NCBI GenBank assembly: GCA_945862075.1 | Contig: CAMAWV010000001.1 | Span: 2,721-66,720, forward strand | Source: Rickettsia typhi | GTDB lineage: Bacteria; Pseudomonadota; Alphaproteobacteria; Rickettsiales; UBA1997 | Direction: 5' to 3' | Length of the DNA stretch: 64,000 nucleotides | In this document: positions 29,559 to 40,000 of the stretch, in pieces | Position numbering within the stretch: the first letter of the stretch is position 1 | Layout: each line of letters opens with the position of its first letter | Notes under the pieces: model-generated | Databases searched by the model: none | What the model saw: the letters and a program-made list of their open reading frames with translations, nothing else | What the model was told of the DNA's origin: nothing | Made by a program: the position numbers and the translations under genes

Positions 29559-29900
29559 TTACTGGTTTTTACGATATAAAACTACTTCATTTTTATTGAT
29601 ATAGCCTAAAATTTTTCGAGATTGTTCGTCTACCAAATCGAGATCAAGAGATTGTAAATTCATATTTTCTACCGCTTTAGATTTTGCTTGTAAATTTTGT
29701 TGTAAAATTTGCTTGGTTAGTTGCAGATCATTAAAATTATATAACACATTTTTATAAGCAAAAAAACCTTTGTTGCCAAAAAAAGCAATAATTAAAAAAT
29801 AAATAATCAAACCAAAACAAATACAGTAAGAAATAAAAAAGCTTTTCGATATTTGATAGTTATCAACCAAATTGTAGAGATAATTACGAGTTTTTAGCAT
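29559..29900 (-). CDS. Septum formation initiator (FtsB/DivIC-like) protein
   Basis: 113 aa. It has a single N-terminal TM helix followed by a short coiled-coil (LQLTKQILQQNLQAKSKAVENMN) and DLDLVDEQSRKILGY. It is adjacent to pdhAB, as is common in alphaproteobacteria. Confidence 0.58.
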   Translation of the reverse strand: MLKTRNYLYNLVDNYQISKSFFISYCICFGLIIYFLIIAFFGNKGFFAYKNVLYNFNDLQLTKQILQQNLQAKSKAVENMNLQSLDLDLVDEQSRKILGYINKNEVVLYRKNQ

Positions 29901-29909
29901 TTTTTATTT

Positions 29910-30905
29910 TTATAAGCCTTCGCATATTGCTAAAGCCGATTCAACAATATTATGAGTTTTTGGTAATGCTAATTTTTCAAGATTAGCAGCATAAGGCAAT
30001 GGAGAATCTACCGAGGCAAGCTTTTTTACTGGCGCATCGAGATAATCAAATGCTTGATCCATCACTACATAAGCAATTTCACTTCCTACACTGGCAAACG
30101 GAAAGCCCTCTTCAACAGTAAGGCATCGACCAGTTTTCTGCACAGAAGAAATAATTGTGGCAGTATCAAGAGGCCTAATAGTGCGAAGATCGATAACTTC
30201 TGCCGAAATATTATATTTTTCTTGCAATTCTTCTGCAGCCTCAAGAGCATATTTAACCATTAAAGAAAAGGCAACAATAGTAATATCAGAGCCTTCTCTT
30301 GCTATTTTTGCCTTGCCAATTTCAACCAAATGATCTTGCGAATATTCTTCTTCAAAAGAAAAGCCATAAGTAATTTCGTTTTCTAAAAAAATAACAGGAT
30401 TTGGATCGCGTATTGCTGATTTTAATAAACCTTTAGCATCGGCAGAACTATAAGGGGCAACAACTTTTAAACCAGGAATTGAGGCATACCAAGCGGCATA
30501 ACATTGCGAATGTTGAGCCCCTACTCTAGCAGCAGGACCATTTGGCCCTCTAAACACAATAGGGCATTTTACTTGCCCTCCCGACATATAATTGGTTTTG
30601 GCTGCCGAATTAACAATTTGATCGATTGCTTGCATGGCAAAATTAAAAGTCATAAATTCAACCACTGGATGTAAGCCAACAAAAGCCGAACCAACCGCTA
30701 AACCAGCAAAACCATGCTCAGTAATTGGAGTGTCAATTACTCTTTTTGACCCAAATTCAGCTAATAATCCTTGAGTTACTTTGTAGGCACCGTTATATTC
30801 AGCAACCTCTTCGCCCATTACATAAACTTGCGGATTTAGCCTCATTTCTTCTGTCATCGCTTCTCTTAAAGCTTCTCGAACTGTGAGTTTTCTGAAAGTA
30901 GCCAT
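29910..30905 (-). CDS. pdhB: Pyruvate dehydrogenase E1 component, beta subunit
   Basis: [38 protein letters not shown]; 331 aa. Confidence 0.95.
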   Translation of the reverse strand: MATFRKLTVREALREAMTEEMRLNPQVYVMGEEVAEYNGAYKVTQGLLAEFGSKRVIDTPITEHGFAGLAVGSAFVGLHPVVEFMTFNFAMQAIDQIVNSAAKTNYMSGGQVKCPIVFRGPNGPAARVGAQHSQCYAAWYASIPGLKVVAPYSSADAKGLLKSAIRDPNPVIFLENEITYGFSFEEEYSQDHLVEIGKAKIAREGSDITIVAFSLMVKYALEAAEELQEKYNISAEVIDLRTIRPLDTATIISSVQKTGRCLTVEEGFPFASVGSEIAYVVMDQAFDYLDAPVKKLASVDSPLPYAANLEKLALPKTHNIVESALAICEGL

Positions 30906-30926
30906 ATGTGTGTTTTGGTTATTTTG

Positions 30927-31922
30927 TTAATGATAGATTTCGGTTAAAAGCTCTGATTCTGCTGGTTCTGGACTATTTTTTGCAAATTCAACAACATCAT
31001 TTATTTGTGCTTTTATTTTATTTTCGATAGATTTAAAATCGTCTTCGTTAGCTATTTTATGCTCTAAAATATTATTTTTTAAGCTATCGATAGGATCTTG
31101 TTCTTTTTTACAATTAAGCTCTTCTTTAGAGCGATAGGTAGCAGGATCAGACATTGAGTGCCCCCTATAACGGTAGGTATCAAATTCGAGCAATACAGGG
31201 CCATTACCAGATCGAACAAAATCAACAGCCTTTTGCCCTTCGGCCATTACCTGAAAAATATCCATACCATTAATTTTAAAACCAGGAATATTAAAACCAA
31301 CTCCCCTTTTATGTAACTCGGCGATAGAAGAAGAACGTGAAACTGAAGTTCCCATGGCGTAATGATTATTTTCGATGATAAATAAAATAGGCAAATTCCA
31401 CAACTTTGCCATATTAAAAGATTCATAAACCTGACCTTGATGAGCTGCTCCGTCGCCAAAATAACAATAAGTTACATTATTAGTATTATTGTATTTATCG
31501 GCAAAAGCCAAGCCAGCACCAATTGGCACTGATGCCCCAACAATGCCATGCCCACCATAAAAATGTTTTTCTAGATCAAATAAATGCATTGAACCACCCT
31601 TGCCTTTAGAAGATCCGTCGGCTCTGCCTAAAAGCTCGGCCATAATTTTTTTAGGATCAGAGCCAAGAGAAATCATATGGCCATGATCACGATAAGTGGT
31701 AATTACTTTATCGCCTTGTTGCATAGTGTGGTGCATGCCAGTAGAAATAGCTTCTTGCCCAATATATAAATGACAAAAACCAGCAATTAGACCCATGCCA
31801 TAAAGCTGCCCTGCTTTTTCTTCGAACCTTCGAATTAACAACATTTCTTGGTAAAAAGCAAGTAATTGTTGTTTAGAAAAGTTATTAATAAAATTATTGT
31901 TTTTATCGCTGTTTTTAGCCAT
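30927..31922 (-). CDS. pdhA: Pyruvate dehydrogenase E1 component, alpha subunit
   Basis: RRFEEKAGQLYGMGLIAGFCHLYIGQEA, the ThDP motif GDGAAHQGQVYES...NN and YRYRGHSMSDP. 331 aa. Confidence 0.95.
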   Translation of the reverse strand: MAKNSDKNNNFINNFSKQQLLAFYQEMLLIRRFEEKAGQLYGMGLIAGFCHLYIGQEAISTGMHHTMQQGDKVITTYRDHGHMISLGSDPKKIMAELLGRADGSSKGKGGSMHLFDLEKHFYGGHGIVGASVPIGAGLAFADKYNNTNNVTYCYFGDGAAHQGQVYESFNMAKLWNLPILFIIENNHYAMGTSVSRSSSIAELHKRGVGFNIPGFKINGMDIFQVMAEGQKAVDFVRSGNGPVLLEFDTYRYRGHSMSDPATYRSKEELNCKKEQDPIDSLKNNILEHKIANEDDFKSIENKIKAQINDVVEFAKNSPEPAESELLTEIYH

Positions 31923-32092
31923 ATGAAACTTTGATTATGAAAATGAAATAAAAATATAAGTTAATTATGCAACAGTTTTATTATAGTATTTTAACAAAAA
32001 CAATGTCAACAAATTTATTTTAAAACAAAACTTATTGCTTAACAAAATATAGTAATTTAAAATAATTCTAATTTATTAAAATCTAATTTGCT

Positions 32093-33166
32093 ATGAAAAT
32101 TTTTTTACTTATCATAATAATTATTGCTTTGGTGGTGCTTACTTCTTGCATTTTTTTTAACGAAAAAAATTATTATCATGGCAATATTTCAAACCATTTT
32201 GATGGCAAAAAATTTCATAATTTAAATTCTGAAGGGGCAAAAAGTTTTTCTTCTTATCATAAATCTAAGCAAGAATATATTAAAACTCACGGCAAAACAC
32301 AATGGCCACAGCAAGAAATTGAAATTAAAACCATTGTTCCAACTCAAAAAGTTGATAACAATCAAATTATTAGCACTTTTGTAGGGCATTCTACTTTTTT
32401 AATTCAGTTTGCTGGGCTAAATATTTTAACCGATCCTATTTGGTCAAAAAGAGCAAGCCCTATTAGCTTTGCTGGGCCAAAAAGAGCCAAAAAACCAGGC
32501 ATTAATTTTGCCGATTTACCTAAAATTGATGTAGTATTAATTAGCCATTCTCATTACGACCATCTCGATTTACCAACTGTTAAACAACTTCAAAAACATT
32601 CTAATCCACATTTTTTTGTAGGCTTGGGCATGTGTTATTTTTTAAACAACCTAAAAAATTTAAAATTAAACTGCACCGAACTTGATTGGGGGCAGTCTTT
32701 TATGTTTAATCAAAATTTGCAAATTAGTTTTTTACCTACCAAACACTGGTCAAAACGCTATTTATTTGGCAATAATGCTACTTTATGGGGTGCTTTTGCC
32801 ATGCAGGCAAAACTTAATAATGAGCAGTTAGCAAAAATTTATTTTGCTGGCGACACAGGTTTTGACAATCATTTTCTAGAAGCTGGTAAGCAATTTAATG
32901 GTTTTGATTTAGCTTTTTTACCAATCGGAGCCTACAAGCCAGAAAACTTTATGAGCAAACACCATACTAGTCCGCAAGAGGCGGTGCTTGCAATGCAACA
33001 ATTACAAGCAAAACAAGCTGTGGCTATGCATTTTGAAACTTTTCCTATGGCTTCCGATAATTTTTTTGACCCCGCTTCTGATTTAAAACAAGCCTTACAA
33101 CAGCAAAACATCAGCGAAAAACAATTTTTAACTCTACAACCCGGACAACAATTAATTTTACCATGA
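32093..33166 (+). CDS. Membrane-anchored or exported MBL-fold metallo-hydrolase (NAPE-PLD-like)
   Basis: N-terminal hydrophobic segment, then VGHSTFLIQ, LISHSHYDHLD (HxHxDH) and the later FAGDTG and HF motifs. 357 aa. Confidence 0.78.
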   Translation: MKIFLLIIIIIALVVLTSCIFFNEKNYYHGNISNHFDGKKFHNLNSEGAKSFSSYHKSKQEYIKTHGKTQWPQQEIEIKTIVPTQKVDNNQIISTFVGHSTFLIQFAGLNILTDPIWSKRASPISFAGPKRAKKPGINFADLPKIDVVLISHSHYDHLDLPTVKQLQKHSNPHFFVGLGMCYFLNNLKNLKLNCTELDWGQSFMFNQNLQISFLPTKHWSKRYLFGNNATLWGAFAMQAKLNNEQLAKIYFAGDTGFDNHFLEAGKQFNGFDLAFLPIGAYKPENFMSKHHTSPQEAVLAMQQLQAKQAVAMHFETFPMASDNFFDPASDLKQALQQQNISEKQFLTLQPGQQLILP

Positions 33167-34008
33167 AAATAGCTTTTCAAGGTATTGCTGGAGCCAACTC
33201 ACATTTGGCTTGCTTGCAGTTTTACCCACAACTTATCACTCAAAATTATTCAACATTTGAAGAAGTTTTTTTAGCAGTTCAAAATGATGAAGTACATTAT
33301 GGTTTAGTGCCTCTTGAAAACTCTTATGCTGGCAGAGTTGCCGAAATTCATCATTTACTGCAAAAATATCAGCTAAACATTATTGCCGAACATTTTTTTG
33401 TCGTCAATCATCAGTTAGCAGGAGCAAAAGGGGCATCAATCAGCAATATCACCAAGGTAATTTCGCATCCGCAAGCTTTAATGCAGTGCCAAAATTTTTT
33501 ACAAAAACTTAACCTAGAAAAACAAGAAAGCATCAACACTGCAGTTTCTGCCGAGATGGTTTTTTTACATCATCAACAAACTGGACAAAAAAATTTAGCA
33601 GCAATTTGTTCGGATTTTGCTATTGAAAAATATAATTTACAATTGTTAGCAAAAAACATTCAAGATGCCAAAGATCAAAATATAACAATTTTTATTGTCA
33701 TATCTAAAGCTCAACCAAACATTGATTTTGTTATAAAACCTACTATCACATCGTTATTTTTTACTATCAGAAATATTCCAGGGGCACTTTACAAAGCTTT
33801 AGGAGGTTTTGCCACTAATAATGTAAGCATTGTCAAGCTCGAAAGTTATATTCCAGGAGGGTTTTCAAAGCAGGCTCGATTTTTTATTAGCATTAACGGG
33901 CATCCGCAACAAAACAATGTTCGATTAGCACTTGAAGAACTTGGTTTTTTTTCGCAAGAAGTAAAGTTTCTTGGCATTTATTATGCTAGCCCCACTAGAA
34001 AAGAATAG
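33163..34008 (+). CDS. pheA: Prephenate dehydratase
   Basis: IAFQGIAGANSH, GLVPLENSYAGRV and the C-terminal ACT region containing ESYIP. ATGA overlap with the upstream gene. 281 aa. Confidence 0.9.
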   Translation: MKIAFQGIAGANSHLACLQFYPQLITQNYSTFEEVFLAVQNDEVHYGLVPLENSYAGRVAEIHHLLQKYQLNIIAEHFFVVNHQLAGAKGASISNITKVISHPQALMQCQNFLQKLNLEKQESINTAVSAEMVFLHHQQTGQKNLAAICSDFAIEKYNLQLLAKNIQDAKDQNITIFIVISKAQPNIDFVIKPTITSLFFTIRNIPGALYKALGGFATNNVSIVKLESYIPGGFSKQARFFISINGHPQQNNVRLALEELGFFSQEVKFLGIYYASPTRKE

Positions 34009-34074
34009 TAATCTGAGAAAGTTATATTAGTTTTCATCTTAAAATAACCAAATAACAAAATAGTTTTGGCTTAA

Positions 34075-34695
34075 TTATTTTAAAAATCTACTACCAGGTT
34101 TAACAGCAGGAATATTTTGTAGATAGGACGGAATATTTTGACTATCAAAAGTTTCTACCTCAAGCTCTAACAAAGAAAATAATTGCACAGGCAAAGTTTG
34201 AAGTAAGTTTTTATCTCGACGATCTATTAAACAACCAATTGCTACCACATTTGCACCATAACTTTTAACTAAATTAATGGTTTCAATGGTTGATTTACCA
34301 GTAGTAATAACATCTTCAATAACCACAACAGGTTGATTTTGCTGTAAAGAAAAACCTCTTCTGAATTCAAAATTACCATTTACTCTTTCACAAAATATTG
34401 CGGTAGCATTAAGATGTTTGGCTACTTCAAAACCCACCACCACACCACCCATTGCTGGCGAAACCACAACAAGATTGTCATAAAAATTGCTTGATAAAAA
34501 AGAGTTAATTTTTTGAGCCAATTGAGTACAGATTTGTTGTGCCACATCAGGATGCATCAACACTTTTGCCGATTGCAAGTAGATATTAGAATGCAAACCA
34601 GAAGATAAAATAAAATGTCCTTTTAATATTGCTTCGTATTCTTGAAATATAGCAAATACTTTTGACTTATTTAATTTTTCTGAGTTATGAATCAT
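34075..34695 (-). CDS. pyrE: Orotate phosphoribosyltransferase
   Basis: FILSSGLHSNIYLQ and the PRPP-binding loop VVVIEDVITTGKST. 206 aa. Confidence 0.9.
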   Translation of the reverse strand: MIHNSEKLNKSKVFAIFQEYEAILKGHFILSSGLHSNIYLQSAKVLMHPDVAQQICTQLAQKINSFLSSNFYDNLVVVSPAMGGVVVGFEVAKHLNATAIFCERVNGNFEFRRGFSLQQNQPVVVIEDVITTGKSTIETINLVKSYGANVVAIGCLIDRRDKNLLQTLPVQLFSLLELEVETFDSQNIPSYLQNIPAVKPGSRFLK

Positions 34696-34704
34696 GATAG
34701 ATTT

Positions 34705-34995
34705 TTAAGCAACTAATTGGAGCTTTTTCTTAATTTTTAGCCTTAATACTTGAGCACTAGTAGAAAGTTTATTAAAGCGAAAATTAAGCAAAAAGTTATC
34801 AATATCGCCATATTTATTTATGGTACGTAAAGTAGAAGTAGCTACCGATAATTTTATATTTACTCCTAAAACCTTGCTAGGAAAAGACATTTGTTTTAAG
34901 TTAGGCAAAAATCTTCGACGATTTTTACGGTTAGAGTGAGAAACAGTATTACCACTTTGCGGCTTAACAGAAAGCATTTGACAAATTTTTGACAT
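34705..34995 (-). CDS. rpmB: 50S ribosomal protein L28
   Basis: MSKICQMLSVKPQSGNTVSHSNRKNRRRFLPNLKQ is a typical L28 N-terminus. 96 aa. Confidence 0.9.
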   Translation of the reverse strand: MSKICQMLSVKPQSGNTVSHSNRKNRRRFLPNLKQMSFPSKVLGVNIKLSVATSTLRTINKYGDIDNFLLNFRFNKLSTSAQVLRLKIKKKLQLVA

Positions 34996-35045
34996 ATAAT
35001 TTTAGTAATTATTTAATTATCTATTTTTAAGTAAGTTTGCACTAT

Positions 35046-35408
35046 TTATATTTTTTGAGGATCTGCACCTGTACATTGACCACTATCGTTGCCAGTAATT
35101 CCAGAATAAAGGCTAGGAGCACCAAAAATAACAGCCACACCCAAACAAACACCAATAATTGTTTTGATCTCTATTTTACCAAGTAAAAAACCAGCACCAA
35201 CTGCCATAACCATAAGTGAAGCAATAATTTTTATTGGGGTACCTCTTAATATTGCAACACCGTTACAAAGAACTTTGGAGACACTATTTTCCTTATCTCG
35301 AATAATAACAATCTGAGCATTTGCTGTTGAAAAAAGTGGCAATAATAACAAAATACTAAAAACCATCAACAAAAAATAGCCCTTAATTTTTAAAAAAATG
35401 TTTAACAT
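35046..35408 (-). CDS. virB2: TrbC/VirB2-family type IV secretion pilin-like protein
   Basis: 120 aa. A long signal peptide ends in ANA|Q (LLLLPLFSTANAQ). A short polar segment follows, then two hydrophobic helices separated by a small basic loop (IIASLMVMAVGAGFLLGKIEIKTIIGVCLGVAVIFGA). This is the VirB2/TrbC pilin layout. Confidence 0.68.
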   Translation of the reverse strand: MLNIFLKIKGYFLLMVFSILLLLPLFSTANAQIVIIRDKENSVSKVLCNGVAILRGTPIKIIASLMVMAVGAGFLLGKIEIKTIIGVCLGVAVIFGAPSLYSGITGNDSGQCTGADPQKI

Positions 35409-35566
35409 AAAAAAAGTTTTAATTAATAACCAAGCAAAAAATTATAAAGTCAAAAAAATAATTGTCAATTTAATTTTCGTAGATTTTTTAAATTATTTTT
35501 TTTTAGATGTTGCCTTTCAAAAAATCAAGTTTTATTATTAATGTTTTAATTAAATAATAATAACTT

Positions 35567-36136
35567 ATGAAAACCAATGCTAATTCTATTAAAATAGGCA
35601 ATGTTCTTGAGTTTCAAGGTCAATTATGGAAGGTTCTTAAAAGAGAACATGTTAAACCCGGTAAAGGTGGAGCCTACATTCAGATTGAAATGAAAAACAT
35701 CCAAACTGGCAATAAAACCAATACCAGATTTGCCTCAAGCGAAGATGTTGATATTGCTTTTGTTGAGCAACAAAATTTGTTGTTTCAATATTTTGAGCAA
35801 AATAATTTGGTTGCCATGAACATGGAAACCTTTGAAACTTTTGAATTTCCCAAAAATTTAGTTGGCGATGCTCTACCTTTTTTAAGCGAAGGCATGAATA
35901 TTCGAGTTGAATACTGCAATCAAAAACCTATAAGCATTTTTCTGCCAGAGCAAGCGAATGCTGTTATTGCTCAAGCCGATGCCGTGGTAAAAGGACAAAC
36001 CGCCGCCGCCTCTTACAAGCCAGCCATCTTAGAAAATGGAGTAAAAATTATGGTTCCTCCTTTTATTGAATCTGGCGAAGAAATAATTGTTAACACCACC
36101 GATTTTAATTATGTTAGTAGAGCCAAAAACAACTAG
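35567..36136 (+). CDS. efp: Elongation factor P
   Basis: IKIGNVLEF...LWKVLKREHVKPGKGGAYIQIEMKNI contains the conserved KPGKG loop. 189 aa. Confidence 0.95.
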   Translation: MKTNANSIKIGNVLEFQGQLWKVLKREHVKPGKGGAYIQIEMKNIQTGNKTNTRFASSEDVDIAFVEQQNLLFQYFEQNNLVAMNMETFETFEFPKNLVGDALPFLSEGMNIRVEYCNQKPISIFLPEQANAVIAQADAVVKGQTAAASYKPAILENGVKIMVPPFIESGEEIIVNTTDFNYVSRAKNN

Positions 36137-36935
36137 CAATTTTTTTTATAAAATGAGCGGTCTTGATAACGATTTTATCATTATCGACAACCGTATACAT
36201 CACTATAATTTTTTATACCCACAAATTAGTCAAATTTGTCATAAATTATGCTATCGCAAAAACATTGGTTGCGATCAGCTCATTATTTTAAATAATAGCC
36301 AAATTGCCGATGTTGCTATTGATATTTTTAACTCAGATGGTTCAAAATCTGGAGCTTGTGGCAATGCCACCAGATGTGTCGCTTCTTTAATTTTTGCCGA
36401 AAAACAATCAACAAACATTACTATTGCAGTTGGTGAAAAAATTTTACCTTGCACTAAAATAGATCATCAAAACATTGCGGTTAATATGGGAAAAGCAAAT
36501 ATTCTGCATCAAAACTTAGTGTTTCACCAGTTAAATTTTATGGCTCTTGATGTTGGCAACCCGCATGCTGTTTGTTTTGTTGATAAACCATTGCTAGAAA
36601 ATCTTTTTTATACCATCGGTCCTGTGGTTGAAAATAACTTGCAATATTTTCCAAATAAAACTAATGTTGAATTCGCTCAAATTATTAATCGCCATACTAT
36701 TGCAGTGCGAGTTTGGGAAAGAGGAGTTGGCGAAACCTCGGCTTGTGGCTCTGGAGCTTGTGCGGTAGCAGTTGCTGCTATTACTCAAAATTTAGTTGAT
36801 AACACCGAAATTACCATTATTTTTGCTGGTGGTAAGCTAACCATAAACTGGCAAAAACACGAAAATATTATCATGACTGGCGGTTGTCAAAAAATTTTTA
36901 CTGGTTTTTTTGATAACAATTTTTTAACACATTAA
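36111..36935 (+). CDS. dapF: Diaminopimelate epimerase
   Basis: FYKMSGLDNDFIIIDNR, the catalytic NSDGSKSGACGNATRC and GVGETSACGSGA. The start is uncertain: ATG at 36111 (preferred), TTG at 36087 or ATG at 36153. It overlaps the end of efp. Confidence 0.88.
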   Translation: MLVEPKTTSNFFYKMSGLDNDFIIIDNRIHHYNFLYPQISQICHKLCYRKNIGCDQLIILNNSQIADVAIDIFNSDGSKSGACGNATRCVASLIFAEKQSTNITIAVGEKILPCTKIDHQNIAVNMGKANILHQNLVFHQLNFMALDVGNPHAVCFVDKPLLENLFYTIGPVVENNLQYFPNKTNVEFAQIINRHTIAVRVWERGVGETSACGSGACAVAVAAITQNLVDNTEITIIFAGGKLTINWQKHENIIMTGGCQKIFTGFFDNNFLTH

Positions 36936-36940
36936 ATATA

Positions 36941-36969
36941 TTGACAAATCAATATATAATTTTATTATT
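36941..36969 (+). promoter_or_regulatory. Sigma-70-like promoter candidate upstream of the first giant VirB6-like gene
   Basis: TTGACA at 36941-36946, a 16-nt spacer, then TATTAT at 36963-36968, about 50 nt upstream of the GTG start. Such matches are frequent by chance in AT-rich DNA. Confidence 0.25.
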
Positions 36970-37017
36970 AAAAAATTTTGGCAAAATTATTAATTTTAAA
37001 TCAATTGCCCTATTTAA

Positions 37018-40000
37018 GTGTTTCAATCTCTTAAAAAATATATCATTATTTTACTATCTGTTTTGTTGCTAGTTTTTTTTGTTTGTGAAAAAGCAAAAGC
37101 AGCCATGGTTGGTGGTTGCACCGACGATCCTGGAGACGGATCTATAATGGTTACCGCTAAACCTGCTACTATTTTTTCTAATGGCTCCGATGATTTATGG
37201 CAAACACAACTTTCTGATTGGCAAGAAACTCCCTATTATACAAATGGCGAAGATATCATAATAAATATTGCCATAAGAAACTCAGGCTATATCAATGCTC
37301 ATGGCGATAATGACAATAAGCTAAAATATCCTTGTAACATTTGCTCAAAAATTGTTAAATACAATACAAATGGTTCAATAGCCTATCAAACACCTAATTG
37401 CATTTGTGGTCCAAAAATTTATGTTCCACCCATACCTCAAGTTCAATCTTTTAGATACTGGCCTGGCTCAAAAGAAATATTTAAGCCAATCGAAACCATA
37501 AAACCAGAATGCGAAATAATTCTCGGTTACCCAGAAAAGGCACATTATGGCATAATAGATAATAACCAAAGAATTGCCTGTAGAAAAGGTTCTAGCAATG
37601 AGATAATAGAAATATCCAGTAATCATGTAGATATTGTGTCACCATTATTAAAAACCGATATAAATTCACAAGAATACACTTGTATCCCAATGGAATGGGC
37701 ACTAAATTTAGGCACTAACCATCCTAATTTTATTGCATCAAATTCTAAAATTACAACTTTCTTAAATCAAAATTACATAGATAAAGGTAAATACTATAGT
37801 AGGGCAACCCACTTACTTACTACAGATTTTAAAAAAATTCCCGATGAAAACGGTCAATCTGGTTATGAAATTGTGCATTTTCCTATAAATTACTATGAAA
37901 AAGAACTAAGTACCACAGAAACAGATCAAGCTAAAATTACCCTACTAAAAGATGTTAATTATCACCATACAAACAGCTGCAATGCTTCAAATGGCTTTAG
38001 TTTATATCTTGGTTTATTTCCAGAAAATTCTGATATGCCCGGATATAACGGCAAAATTTATGCTTATCATCTTTATTCTTTTAACCAAATATGCCGAATT
38101 TATCGCAATGGAATTTGTGAAAATGCAGTAACTCAATTTAAATTATCAAAATCAAATCTAGATTCTATATTGCCAAGTTCTTTTTTAGATAATAATAACA
38201 ATCCAATATCTATACCACATGGATATAAAATAAAATTTAAAATCTACGATAATTTTTACACATCTAACGAAGTGCGAGATCTATACAATGTCACTATAAC
38301 AAGTGGCATAGAAACTCAAAACTATGCAAAACCAAATCAAGATGAAGGGCTTTTTACTAATGTAAAATCTAAAATTGATGCAATTTTACAAGGTGCCCAA
38401 AGCTATAATTTTAATATTTCCAATATCAATTATGCTTCTTTATTTATATCCCCTGTTTATGCCGCAGATATAATTGAAGAAGCCACAATAGAAAATGCTA
38501 AAAAAAATGGTTTGATACGTGTTACTTACGAAAATTTTATAGTAAAAAATATAACCATTATTAGATATACATTAATTTTATTTTTGATGTTTTATGCCAT
38601 AAGCTACTTAATGGGATTATCAGAAATAAATCAAAAAGAATTAATACTGCGCCTATTCAAAATAGCGATAGTTCTTGCTTTTCTCGATCCTGCTTTAATT
38701 GATTTAACAACAAAAACTAAAATTTCACTAGATCCTAGCAAAACAATTCAAAAACAATATTCATTTCAAACAACTGCCACTTTGGGTTTTTTATTTTATC
38801 AAAAATATATTATTAATACTGCCATAGGAGGTCTAAACGATCTTATAGCAATAATTACTAATTTTTGCAAAGCTCTTAATCTAGACAGTGCTTCCGCTAT
38901 GCAAACAGAAGTTTCTTTGAGTAACAATGTTAATTTTGCCTATTTCGATAAAATATTAGAAAAAATCTTTTCAATAAAAACAGTAGGAGCAATAGTAAGT
39001 GCCATTTTCACTAAATGGCTAATTGGAGCGGTGCTTTTAGTGGTATTTTTATATTTTTTAGTAAAAACAATTTTTAAACTCCTAGTGACCTATATTTTAA
39101 ATTGGTTGCAAATTATCTTAGCATTGTCTTTAGGACCTATTTTCTTTTTATTTTTACTTTTTTCAAAAACGAAAGGGTTTTTCACTAAATGGATTGCTTT
39201 TACATTTGCCAGAGCCCTAGATATAGTTATTTTGGTAGCTCTTACCTTTCCGTTTATTGGCATCATATATGTTGATTTATTAGCTATTATTGGCGAAGAA
39301 TCTTGTTTAAGAGCAATTGGCCCTTCTTTTTTAAGACTTGAAGTATGGATTCAAAACGATAATCGTAACTCAGACTTAAATAATTTTTTTAGCTATATAT
39401 TTGCGTTAGCAAAAGATATTGCTTTAGTTTACATGATAAACCTAATCGCTTCTTATGCTCCTGAAATTTCTGGTAAAATTATTAATATTGCCGATAATCA
39501 AAACTCCGCAGGAAACTCAAAAGCAGCATCTAACATAGCAGCACAAACCACTGCTCAAGCCTTAAGTACCATAGCTTCTGGTATAAAATTTGCCAATTCT
39601 TCTTATGTTGGCGGTATGGCAAAATCTTATGTCAAACAAGGAGCTCTTGGCTTAAGCAACTTTGTTGGAGCAACTCGTGTTGCAACATTTGCCAAAAATA
39701 CCGCATTGAATCTTGGAAACCAGTTATACGAAGGCTTAACACTTAGAAATGCCGCTCAAATTCTTTTAGGCAAAGAAACCGCTGAAGCTATTTTTGGCAA
39801 AAAAAATACTACCAATACTGGCAGAGATGGCGGTGGTTCTGATGGCGGTAGCGGTGGTTCTGATGGTGGTAGCGGTGGTTCTGATGGTGGTAGCGGTGGT
39901 TCTGGCGGTGCTTTTGCTAGCAGTAGAACTAGTGCCTCTGGTAGCACTCCTGCTGATGGTAGCGGTGTTCCTGGCGGTGCTTTTGCTGGTGGTGCTCCTG

